This document shows positions 10,091 through 17,698 of a stretch of 64,000 nucleotides of DNA, piece after piece; position 1 is the first letter of the stretch; every line of letters starts with the position of its first letter. The position numbers and the translations under genes are program-made. The notes under the pieces are model-generated. The model ran no database searches. It was not told the origin of the DNA and was given only the letters and a program-made list of their open reading frames with translations. The stretch is from Planctomycetota bacterium. Its GTDB lineage: Bacteria; Planctomycetota; UBA1135; UBA2386. The DNA lies in assembly GCA_965228735.1 (NCBI GenBank), contig OZ245838.1, positions 6,752,001 through 6,816,000 of the forward strand, given 5' to 3'.

Positions 10091-11863
10091 ATGGCCCACA
10101 ACCGATTCGCCGCGTCCGCGGCCGCCGCTCTCATCGGCCTTTCCGCACTGCCGGCGCTCGCCGCGCAGTGCACGATCCACGATCTCAACTCCGGCGCAGC
10201 GGGCACCTGGCCGCAGTTCATCGTGCCCGCGTTCGGTCAGCAGCTCTACATCAACGCCAACATCGGCGGTGCCGGATCCGAACTCTACCGCTGGAATCGG
10301 GCGACCGGCTTTCAGCTGCTCGACATCAACCCGGGCTCCAACAACAGCAATCCGCAGTCGCTCGCCGCGGCGTGCACGCCGGTCGGGCCGCGGGTGTTCC
10401 TGAGCGCGCGCGGTGCGACCGGGGGGCAGGAACTGTGGATGACGGACGGCTCGCCGGCCGGCACGGTGCGCGTGCGTGACATCCTCCCGGGCAACAGCAG
10501 CTCCAACCCGACGCACATGTTCGCGGGTCTGGATCGCGTGTTCTTCCAGGCCAACGACGGCACCAACGGGCGGGAGCTGTGGTCGTCGGATGGCACGACG
10601 GCCGGCACCCAGATGATCCTCGACATCAACCCGGGTTCGGGCAGCTCGCAGCCCGACTTCCTCGCGCTGCTCGGCGGGCGCCCGGTGTTCACCGCGTGGA
10701 CGCCGACCCTCGGCCGCGAACTCTACATCACCGACGGCACCGCCGCGGGCACGATCCTGCTCGCCGACATCCGGCCGGGTTCGAGCTCGTCGTCGATCTT
10801 CGAGGCCGTGGTCCTCGGCGATCGCGCCTACTTCGCGACCGACGATGGCGTCAACGGCTCCGAGCTGTGGGCGACCGACGGCACGCCGGCCGGGACCGCG
10901 ATGCTCGTCAACCTCGCGCAGAACGCGGGCAGCAGCAGCCCGCTCGAGCTCACGAAGAACGGCGACGAGCTGTTCTTCGTCGCGACCGACGGCTTCACGG
11001 GCCAGGAGCTCTACAAGACGGACGGCACGCCCGCCGGCACGGTGCTGGTGAAGGACGTTCGTCCCGGCGCGCTGTCGTCGCAGCCGCGCGACCTGATCGC
11101 GTCGAACGGGCTGGTGTTCTTCTCCGCCGATTCGGTCGGTGGGGCGGGCCGCGAGTTGTGGGTCAGCGACGGCACGAGCGCCGGCACGGTCGAGATCGAC
11201 ATCAACCCGGCGGGCAACTCGTTCCCGCAGTCGTTCGTGGCGGTCGGCACCGGGGTCTGTTTCGCCGCGACCGACGCGATGGGGAGCGAGCCGTGGTTCT
11301 CGGACGGGACGGTGGCGAACACGTTCCGCGTGTGTGACATCGACCCGGGGGCCGGCAGCAGCACGCCGCAGAACCTCATCGTCGCCGCCGGGCGCGTCTT
11401 CTTCCAGGCGTCCGATCCGGCGCTCGGCAACGAGGTGCACGAGATCACGACGCCCGGCGCGCTCGCAGAACGGCGCGGTCACGGCGCGTTGCCGAGTCAT
11501 CCGGAGCTCGTGAGTCGCGGCGGTCGTGCGCCCGTCCTCGGCACCACGGTCGACCTCGATTCGACCGGGCCGGCGACCGGGCTCGGGGTCCTCACCGTGG
11601 GGTTCGGCAAGCTGCCGCTGCCGGGCACGCCGGGTTTGACCGTCGGGGCGTGTGACTGGACCGGTGTCACGAACAACACGGCCGTGGTCGCGGTCCTCGG
11701 GTTCGGGCCGACGTTCTCCTACGCGTTCGCGATCCCGAACGTGCCGGGCTACACCGGGCTCGATCTCGCGTTCCAGACGGTGTGGCTCGTGTCGGGGCAG
11801 ACCCCGGCCGTCGAACCGTCGAACGGACTGCAGCTCGTCCTCGGTGGACCCGTGCCGATGTGA
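10091..11863 (+). CDS. Secreted ELWxxDGT-repeat protein with the shared C-terminal module
   Basis: Signal peptide ending ALAAQ; repeats ELWMTDGS, ELWSSDGT, ELYITDGT, ELWATDGT, ELYKTDGT, ELWVSDGT, EPWFSDGT, most followed by a DI(N/R)PG-like motif. Confidence 0.92.
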   Translation: MAHNRFAASAAAALIGLSALPALAAQCTIHDLNSGAAGTWPQFIVPAFGQQLYINANIGGAGSELYRWNRATGFQLLDINPGSNNSNPQSLAAACTPVGPRVFLSARGATGGQELWMTDGSPAGTVRVRDILPGNSSSNPTHMFAGLDRVFFQANDGTNGRELWSSDGTTAGTQMILDINPGSGSSQPDFLALLGGRPVFTAWTPTLGRELYITDGTAAGTILLADIRPGSSSSSIFEAVVLGDRAYFATDDGVNGSELWATDGTPAGTAMLVNLAQNAGSSSPLELTKNGDELFFVATDGFTGQELYKTDGTPAGTVLVKDVRPGALSSQPRDLIASNGLVFFSADSVGGAGRELWVSDGTSAGTVEIDINPAGNSFPQSFVAVGTGVCFAATDAMGSEPWFSDGTVANTFRVCDIDPGAGSSTPQNLIVAAGRVFFQASDPALGNEVHEITTPGALAERRGHGALPSHPELVSRGGRAPVLGTTVDLDSTGPATGLGVLTVGFGKLPLPGTPGLTVGACDWTGVTNNTAVVAVLGFGPTFSYAFAIPNVPGYTGLDLAFQTVWLVSGQTPAVEPSNGLQLVLGGPVPM

Positions 11864-11887
11864 CGGCCGGCGTGCCGGCTCTCGCGT

Positions 11888-11923
11888 GGCAGCCTTGCGG
11901 TTTGAACCAGGTTCCGTACGGCA
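11888..11923. repeat. REP-like repeat copy
   Basis: ggcagccttgcggtttgaaccaggttccgtacggca matches the right arm of the 36680-36802 hairpin with 2 mismatches. It lies in the intergenic space before hutU. Confidence 0.8.
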
Positions 11924-11953
11924 GCGCTCGAGCCACCGTCTATCGTTGCCGGG

Positions 11954-13603
11954 ATGCAGCAATCCGCGTCCTTCCAGGCCCCGCGTGGGACGACCCTCAA
12001 CTGCGCCAATTGGCAGATCGAGGCCGCCTACCGGATGATCCAGAACAACCTCGACAGCGAGGTCGCCGAGGATCCCGAACAGCTCATCGTCTACGGCGGG
12101 CTCGGCAAGGCGGCGCGCAATCACGAGGCGCTGAGCAAGATCCTCGCGACGCTCAAGCGCCTGCAGCCGGACGAGTCGATGCTCGTGCAGTCGGGCAAGT
12201 GCGTCGGCGTGCTGAAGACGCACCCGGACGCGCCGCGCGTGCTGATCGCCAACAGCAACCTCGTCGGCGACTGGGCCAACTGGGACGAGTTTCGGCGGCT
12301 CGACGCGCTCGGCCTGATGATGTACGGCCAGATGACCGCGGGCAGCTGGATCTACATCGGCAGCCAGGGCATCGTGCAGGGCACCTACGAGACGTTTGTC
12401 GCCGCGGGCAAACGTCACTTCGACGGCGACCTGCAGGGCACGCTCACGATCACGGCCGGGCTCGGCGGCATGGGCGGCGCGCAACCGCTCGCGATCACGA
12501 TGGCCGGCGGCGTGTGCCTCGCGGCCGACGTCGAGGGCTGGCGGATCGACAAGCGCCTCGAGACGAAGTACCTCGACGAGCGCATCGACGACCCGAAGCG
12601 GGCGCTCGAGGTCGCGCTGCAGAAGAAGGCGGAGGGCGTCGCGTGGTCGATCGGGGTCGCGTGCAACGCGACCGAGCTGCTCACCGTCGTGCGCGACAGC
12701 GGGCACGTTCCGGACCTGCTGACGGACCAGACGTCGGCGCACGACATGCTCATCGGCTACGTGCCCGATGGCATGACCGTCGCAGAGGCCAATGAACTGC
12801 GCGAGCGCGACCCGAAGGCCTACCTGAAGGAGTCGAGCCGGACCGTGGCGCGGCACGTGTCGCTGATGCTCGAACTGCAGGAGAAGGGCGCGATCACGTT
12901 CGACTACGGCAACAACATCCGCACCGAGGCGCGCGACGCGGGCGTGGCCGAGGCCTTCCGGATCAAGGGCTTCATCCCCGAGTACATCCGGCCGCTGTTC
13001 TGCTCGGGGCGCGGACCGTTCCGCTGGGTCGCGCTCAGCGGCAACCCGAAGGACATCGCGCGCACCGACGAGCTGGCGCTCGAGATGTTCCAGGACAACC
13101 CGGCGCTCGTGACGTGGATCGAGAAGGCCAAGGAGAAGATCGCGTTCCAGGGCCTGCCGTCGCGCATCCTTTGGCTCGGCTACGGTGAGCGCGCCCGGTT
13201 CGGCCTCGCGGTCAACGAGCTCGTGAAGCGGGGCGAGATCGAGGCGCCGGTCGTGTTCGGCCGCGATCACCTCGACTGCGGTTCGGTCGCGTCGCCCTAC
13301 CGCGAGACCGAGGCGATGAAGGACGGCAGCGACGCGGTCGCCGACTGGCCGCTGCTCAACGCGATGCTCGCCGTCGCGTCCGGCGCGACCTGGGTGTCGA
13401 TCCACCACGGCGGTGGCGTCGGCATGGGCAAGTCGATCCACGCGGGCCAGGTCACGGTCGCGGACGGCACCGAGGCCGCGGCCGCGCGCATCGGCCGGGT
13501 CTTCACCTGCGACCCCGGGATCGGGGTCATGCGGCACGCGGATGCCGGTTACGAGGACGCGCAGGCGTTCGCCGCGCAGGAGAACATCGACCTCGGCGGC
13601 TGA
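11954..13603 (+). CDS. hutU: Urocanate hydratase
   Basis: [80 protein letters not shown]. Confidence 0.97.
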   Translation: MQQSASFQAPRGTTLNCANWQIEAAYRMIQNNLDSEVAEDPEQLIVYGGLGKAARNHEALSKILATLKRLQPDESMLVQSGKCVGVLKTHPDAPRVLIANSNLVGDWANWDEFRRLDALGLMMYGQMTAGSWIYIGSQGIVQGTYETFVAAGKRHFDGDLQGTLTITAGLGGMGGAQPLAITMAGGVCLAADVEGWRIDKRLETKYLDERIDDPKRALEVALQKKAEGVAWSIGVACNATELLTVVRDSGHVPDLLTDQTSAHDMLIGYVPDGMTVAEANELRERDPKAYLKESSRTVARHVSLMLELQEKGAITFDYGNNIRTEARDAGVAEAFRIKGFIPEYIRPLFCSGRGPFRWVALSGNPKDIARTDELALEMFQDNPALVTWIEKAKEKIAFQGLPSRILWLGYGERARFGLAVNELVKRGEIEAPVVFGRDHLDCGSVASPYRETEAMKDGSDAVADWPLLNAMLAVASGATWVSIHHGGGVGMGKSIHAGQVTVADGTEAAAARIGRVFTCDPGIGVMRHADAGYEDAQAFAAQENIDLGG

Positions 13604-13663
13604 GCCGGGTCGTTCGGGTCGCCCGGGCCGCCCAGACGCGCATTCCCGGCCGGCCGCTGCCGC

Positions 13664-13691
13664 GGTATACTTGGTATCATAAAGTAGATTT
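13664..13691 (+). promoter_or_regulatory. Putative promoter of the kinase/coiled-coil/actin operon
   Basis: AT-rich patch ggtatacttggtatcataaagtagattt with a TATCAT -10-like hexamer, about 170 nt upstream of 13856 in otherwise GC-rich DNA. Confidence 0.35.
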
Positions 13692-13855
13692 CCTGAGCGC
13701 CGTGTGCCCGTTTCATCGTTGCTACGGGCGATTCCGGCGGTCCACTTCCAGACCCGGCATCGAGCCCGGCGCGACTTGCCACAAGCGACAAGTCGACCCG
13801 TGGTATCGGTCGAAGAGTACAGCCGCGGCGGCGTTCCAGCTGCCGTTCCCACAGC

Positions 13856-14620
13856 ATGTTCCGTCGTCAGAAAGCCGAAGAGCGCGCCCCCGGCACCGAA
13901 GGTGATCTCGTCGTCGTCGTCGACGAGGCGGTCAACCCGTTCCTCGTGATGTTCCACGAGCCGGCGAGCTTCCGCGCCGAGCAGGTCCGCTCGCTGCGCA
14001 ATCGTCTCGTCGCGATGAACCCCGATGGCGAGCCGAAGACGCTCGTCGTGACATCCGCGGTGCGCAGCGAGGGCAAGTCGATCGGCGCGCTCAACCTGGC
14101 GATGGCGTTCTCCGAGCTCGAGTGGCAGAAGGTCGTCATCGTCGACGCCGACCTGCGGCGCCCGAGCTGTGAGAGCTACCTCAACCTCAACCGCGGGAAG
14201 GGCTTCTCCGACGTGCTGCTCGGCGACGCGACGCTCGATGAAGCGCTGCGACCGGCCGGCTTCCGGCACCTGCAGCTGCTCGGCGCCGGCACGCCCGTGA
14301 GCAACCCGGCCGAGGTGCTCGGAATCGGGCGCATCGACGGCCTGTTCCAGCGGCTGAAAGAACGCTTCCAATACATCGTGATCGACACGCCGCCCGTGCT
14401 GCCGTCGACCGACGCCGGCGTGCTGTCATCGCGCGCCGACGGCACGCTCGTCGTCGTGCAGCTCGAGCAGTCCCTCAAGGGCCAGACCAAGGACGCGATC
14501 CGGCTGCTGCAGGATCAGGGCGGCAACGTGCTCGGCACGTTCGTGAACGGCCTGCGCGGCCAGGACCCGGAGAGCGACAAGCGCCTGGCCTACGAGCCGC
14601 GCGAGATCGACGAGGACTGA
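13856..14620 (+). CDS. Stand-alone CpsD/CapB-like (BY-kinase / MinD-superfamily) P-loop protein
   Basis: AEQVRSLR, Walker A SAVRSEGKS, Walker A' VIVDADLRRP, Walker B YIVIDTPP. No C-terminal Tyr cluster. Confidence 0.85.
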   Translation: MFRRQKAEERAPGTEGDLVVVVDEAVNPFLVMFHEPASFRAEQVRSLRNRLVAMNPDGEPKTLVVTSAVRSEGKSIGALNLAMAFSELEWQKVVIVDADLRRPSCESYLNLNRGKGFSDVLLGDATLDEALRPAGFRHLQLLGAGTPVSNPAEVLGIGRIDGLFQRLKERFQYIVIDTPPVLPSTDAGVLSSRADGTLVVVQLEQSLKGQTKDAIRLLQDQGGNVLGTFVNGLRGQDPESDKRLAYEPREIDED

Positions 14621-14622
14621 TC

Positions 14623-15414
14623 GTGAAGCGCTTCAAGGAATCGCTGAAGGACGCCGTGCGCCAGATGGCGTATCGGACGTCCGTGGACAGCCTCAAGAAG
14701 CGCGGCGTCCAGCAGGTCAACGTGCTCGGCATGGACCGCATCGTCTCGCTCGTCGAGGCGGCGGTGCACAAGAGCCTCAAGAGCAGGCTCGTCGGCATGG
14801 AGCGCGAGGCGGTCGCGGATGCGACCAAGGCCGAGTTCGTGCGCCTGATGCGCAACAACGAGGATCTGCAGCGCGAGAAGAGCGAGATCGAGCAGCAGAA
14901 GGAGCGCGCGCAGGAAGAGGTCGACATCATGCGGCGCGAGATCGCGCAGCAGGAGCAGGCCCTCAAGACCCGGCTCGACGAGGGCGCGCTCGAGGTCGCG
15001 AGCCGCTACGAGGGCGAGAATGCCGTGATCGCGCAGAAGGTGGCGGACGTGATGCGTTCGCTCCAGAGCCAGGGCGGCCTCGCGGGGGCCGAGACCAAGG
15101 TCATCGAGCTCGTGATGGACATCGTCCAGGACGAGCGCAAGGAGGCCGAGGAGGCCCGGGCGGCGCTCCGCGACCGCGAGGTCGAGAACCTGCGGCGCCG
15201 GATCACCAAACTCAACGACTCGCTCGCGCAGACCGAACATCGGTTGCAGTCGGTGTCCGCGATGAAGAACATCGACGACGGCATCTCTTCGATCTACCGG
15301 GAGGTCCAGGGGCTCGACGCCTCGGACCAGCAGGCCGGCAAGAAGAAGGAGCTCATGTCCGAGATCTTCCGCGCCAACCTGGAGTTGCAGCAGAAGGTCA
15401 AGAGCCGGCAGTAG
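14623..15414 (+). CDS. Cytoplasmic coiled-coil protein
   Basis: GTG start 2 nt after the previous stop; E/K/Q/R-rich heptad stretches; no signal peptide or TM segment. Confidence 0.8.
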   Translation: MKRFKESLKDAVRQMAYRTSVDSLKKRGVQQVNVLGMDRIVSLVEAAVHKSLKSRLVGMEREAVADATKAEFVRLMRNNEDLQREKSEIEQQKERAQEEVDIMRREIAQQEQALKTRLDEGALEVASRYEGENAVIAQKVADVMRSLQSQGGLAGAETKVIELVMDIVQDERKEAEEARAALRDREVENLRRRITKLNDSLAQTEHRLQSVSAMKNIDDGISSIYREVQGLDASDQQAGKKKELMSEIFRANLELQQKVKSRQ

Positions 15415-15479
15415 GCCGCGGGCAGACGCACACGCAGTACAGGCAGCAGCAAGACAGCAGGAACGCAGTAGGGAACAAG

Positions 15480-16559
15480 ATGACGGAATCGCCCAAGAGC
15501 CCGGAGACCGATTCTCCGGAGAAGGACCATGGCGTCCTCTACATCGGGATGGACCTCGGCACGTCGCGCACTTCGGTGTCGGCGAGCAACGGCGTGCGCG
15601 AGACGGTGCACTCCGTGGTCGGCTACCCGAAGGACGTGGTCAGCAAGAAGCTGCTGAAGCGCGACGTGCTGTTCGGCGCCGAGGCGATGGAGAAGCGCCT
15701 GTCGCTCAAGATGTACAAGCCGCTCGAGAAGGGCGTTCTCAAGTACACGGGCGACGCGGAGAAGGACGCCGAGGCCAAGGCCAACCTCAAGGCCGCCGAG
15801 GATCTGATCGGGGAAGCGATCCGGCTCGCGAAGCCGCGCCAGGACGAGCTCGTCTACTGCGTGATCGGCTGCCCGGCCGAGGCCTCGATGAAGAACCGCG
15901 AGGCGATCATCGAGGCCGCGCGGTCGCACGTCGATTCGGTCATGCTCTGCAGCGAGCCGTTCGCCGTCGCCTACGGCCTCGACTGGCTCGAGGACGTGCT
16001 GGTCATCGACATCGGCGCGGGCACGACCGACCTCTGCCGCATGCACGGCACGATGCCGGAGGACGCCGACCAGGTCACGTTCGACGTTGCCGGCGACGCG
16101 GTCGACCAGGCGCTCGACGCCGAGATCGAGAAGAACTGCCCCGGCGCCCAGCGCACCGTGCAGATGGTCAAGGAGATCAAGGAGCGTTGGGGCTTCGTCG
16201 GGGACGCATCGGAGCGCGCGATGGTCTCCCTGCCCGTCAACGGCAAGCCGACCGAGTTCGACCTCACGGACTCGATCCAGACCGCCTGCAAGATCCTCGT
16301 CGACCCGATCGTCGGCGGCATCCACGAGCTGGTCAGCTCGTTCGACCCCGAGTTCCAGAACAAGCTGAAGAACCGCGTCCTCCTCGCGGGCGGCGGCTCA
16401 CTCCTCAAGGGCCTCGACTCGGCGATCGAACGCGCCCTGCAGGAACGCCTCGGCGGCGGCAAGGTCATCCGCATCGAAGAACCGATCTACGGCGGCGCCA
16501 ACGGCGCGCTGAAGATCGCGCATGACATGCCGGCTGACTACTGGGAACAACTCAAGTAG
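15480..16559 (+). CDS. mamK: MamK-like actin (MreB/MamK family)
   Basis: IGMDLGTSRT (phosphate 1), SVVGYPKDV, SEPFAVAYGLD, DIGAGTTDLC (phosphate 2), LLAGGGS (adenosine) and C-terminal MPADYWEQL, which matches the LPPQYWRQL end of MamK as I recall it rather than MreB. Confidence 0.85.
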   Translation: MTESPKSPETDSPEKDHGVLYIGMDLGTSRTSVSASNGVRETVHSVVGYPKDVVSKKLLKRDVLFGAEAMEKRLSLKMYKPLEKGVLKYTGDAEKDAEAKANLKAAEDLIGEAIRLAKPRQDELVYCVIGCPAEASMKNREAIIEAARSHVDSVMLCSEPFAVAYGLDWLEDVLVIDIGAGTTDLCRMHGTMPEDADQVTFDVAGDAVDQALDAEIEKNCPGAQRTVQMVKEIKERWGFVGDASERAMVSLPVNGKPTEFDLTDSIQTACKILVDPIVGGIHELVSSFDPEFQNKLKNRVLLAGGGSLLKGLDSAIERALQERLGGGKVIRIEEPIYGGANGALKIAHDMPADYWEQLK

Positions 16560-16735
16560 TCGGGCCACGCCGCAGCCGCACGCTGGACTGCGTCGGGACT
16601 TCGGTCGCTCGTGCTCAGCGGCCAGGAGGCCGCCTCCGCGCGGCTCCCTTGCCCTCCTTGCCAGCGCACGGCTGCGGCGCGGAGAACCGGTGCCGCGGCA
16701 CGGGCAGACTTGCGGCCTTCGGCCGCTCGTCTTGT

Positions 16736-16779
16736 CACGATGTCACGTGTGACATCGTGCCCGTACGGTACCTGGTTCA
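16736..16779. repeat. Palindrome plus partial REP-like copy
   Basis: cacgatgtcac-gt-gtgacatcgtg (11-bp arms, 16736-16759) is followed by ccgtacggtacctggttca (16761-16779), identical to part of the left arm at 36680. Confidence 0.7.
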
Positions 16780-16825
16780 TGCTGCCGGGTTTCGCCAGGA
16801 GGGGCTGATGTCGCCGGTGGCTGCG

Positions 16826-17545
16826 TCAGACTCCGAAGTGGGTTTGGAGGATGTCGCGGAGTTGGAAGAAGTCGGTGACTTCGTGGTTGGCCTTGGTTTG
16901 GCCTTCTTCCGTGCTGTAGCGGCCGCCGCGGCGGACTCGGACCGTGTGCCAGCCTTCGTTGTTGCAGGGGTCGATGTCGTGGGTGGGGTTGTCGCCGACG
17001 TAGAGGCAGCGGGCGGGCTCGAGCTTCATGTGTTCGAGCACGCGGCGGTAGAGCTTGGGGTTGGGCTTGCTGAAGCCGACCTGGTCCGTGAAGAAGATCG
17101 CGGAGGGGGTGAGGAACTCGAGGACCCCGAGGCGGACGACCTTCTCGGCCTGCTTGATCGTGATGCCGGCGGAGACGACACCGCGGACGAGCGGCTTGTC
17201 GGCGAGCCAGCGCAGGACCTCGTAGACGTCGTCCCAGACCTTGAGCTTGCTCCACTTGGTGTCGTGGTAGGCGCAGACGCCCGCGGCGACGATGACCGCG
17301 CGATTGTTGCCGTCCCAGGTCTCGTGGCCGAGGCGGTCGAGCACCTTGTCGAAGTGGCTGCCGTAGTTGCTCGAGAACTCGGCGATGACCTCCTGCAGCT
17401 CGCGCAGCGCCGCGTCGCGCTCGCAGCGCAGGCCCGCGCGTAGCATCGCGTCGATCGCGGCGCGACGGGCCTGATCGGCGAAGACCGACGTCGAGAACAG
17501 CGTGTCGTCGACGTCGAAGAAGATCGCGTCCAGGGCGGTGCTCAT
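16826..17545 (-). CDS. HAD-superfamily IA hydrolase, TIGR02253-like
   Basis: IFFDVDDTL motif I, SSNYGSHFD, IKQAEKVVRLG, KPNP motif III, YVGDNPTHDI motif IV. Confidence 0.88.
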   Translation of the reverse strand: MSTALDAIFFDVDDTLFSTSVFADQARRAAIDAMLRAGLRCERDAALRELQEVIAEFSSNYGSHFDKVLDRLGHETWDGNNRAVIVAAGVCAYHDTKWSKLKVWDDVYEVLRWLADKPLVRGVVSAGITIKQAEKVVRLGVLEFLTPSAIFFTDQVGFSKPNPKLYRRVLEHMKLEPARCLYVGDNPTHDIDPCNNEGWHTVRVRRGGRYSTEEGQTKANHEVTDFFQLRDILQTHFGV

Positions 17546-17621
17546 GGGCGTGCTCAGCTCCTTCGCGTGTCCGGTCCGGCGCTGGCGCGCGGGAAACACG
17601 CCGCGGGGGTCCTGCCTACGC

Positions 17622-17655
17622 AAAAGGCCGCGCCGATCGTAACCGGCGCGGCCTT
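17622..17655 (-). terminator. Intrinsic terminator after secretin 1
   Basis: Minus strand reads aaggccgcgccg-gttacgat-cggcgcggcc-tttt, about 45 nt after the stop at 17699. Confidence 0.75.
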
Positions 17656-17698
17656 CGGGGGGAACGGCTGGGCCGTTCCAATGGGGGGGCTTGTGGTG

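Noticed and set aside
9806..14371. 1521-aa minus-strand ORF and similar long ORFs (17567-20317 +, 29861-32617 +, 36797-39916 -, 5281-7404 -)
   Set aside because: These are Arg/Ala-rich antisense shadows of well-supported genes, expected from high GC3 codon bias.
13856..14620. Capsule/EPS biosynthesis locus
   Set aside because: No wza, wzb, wzz, flippase or sugar transferase genes flank the kinase-like gene.
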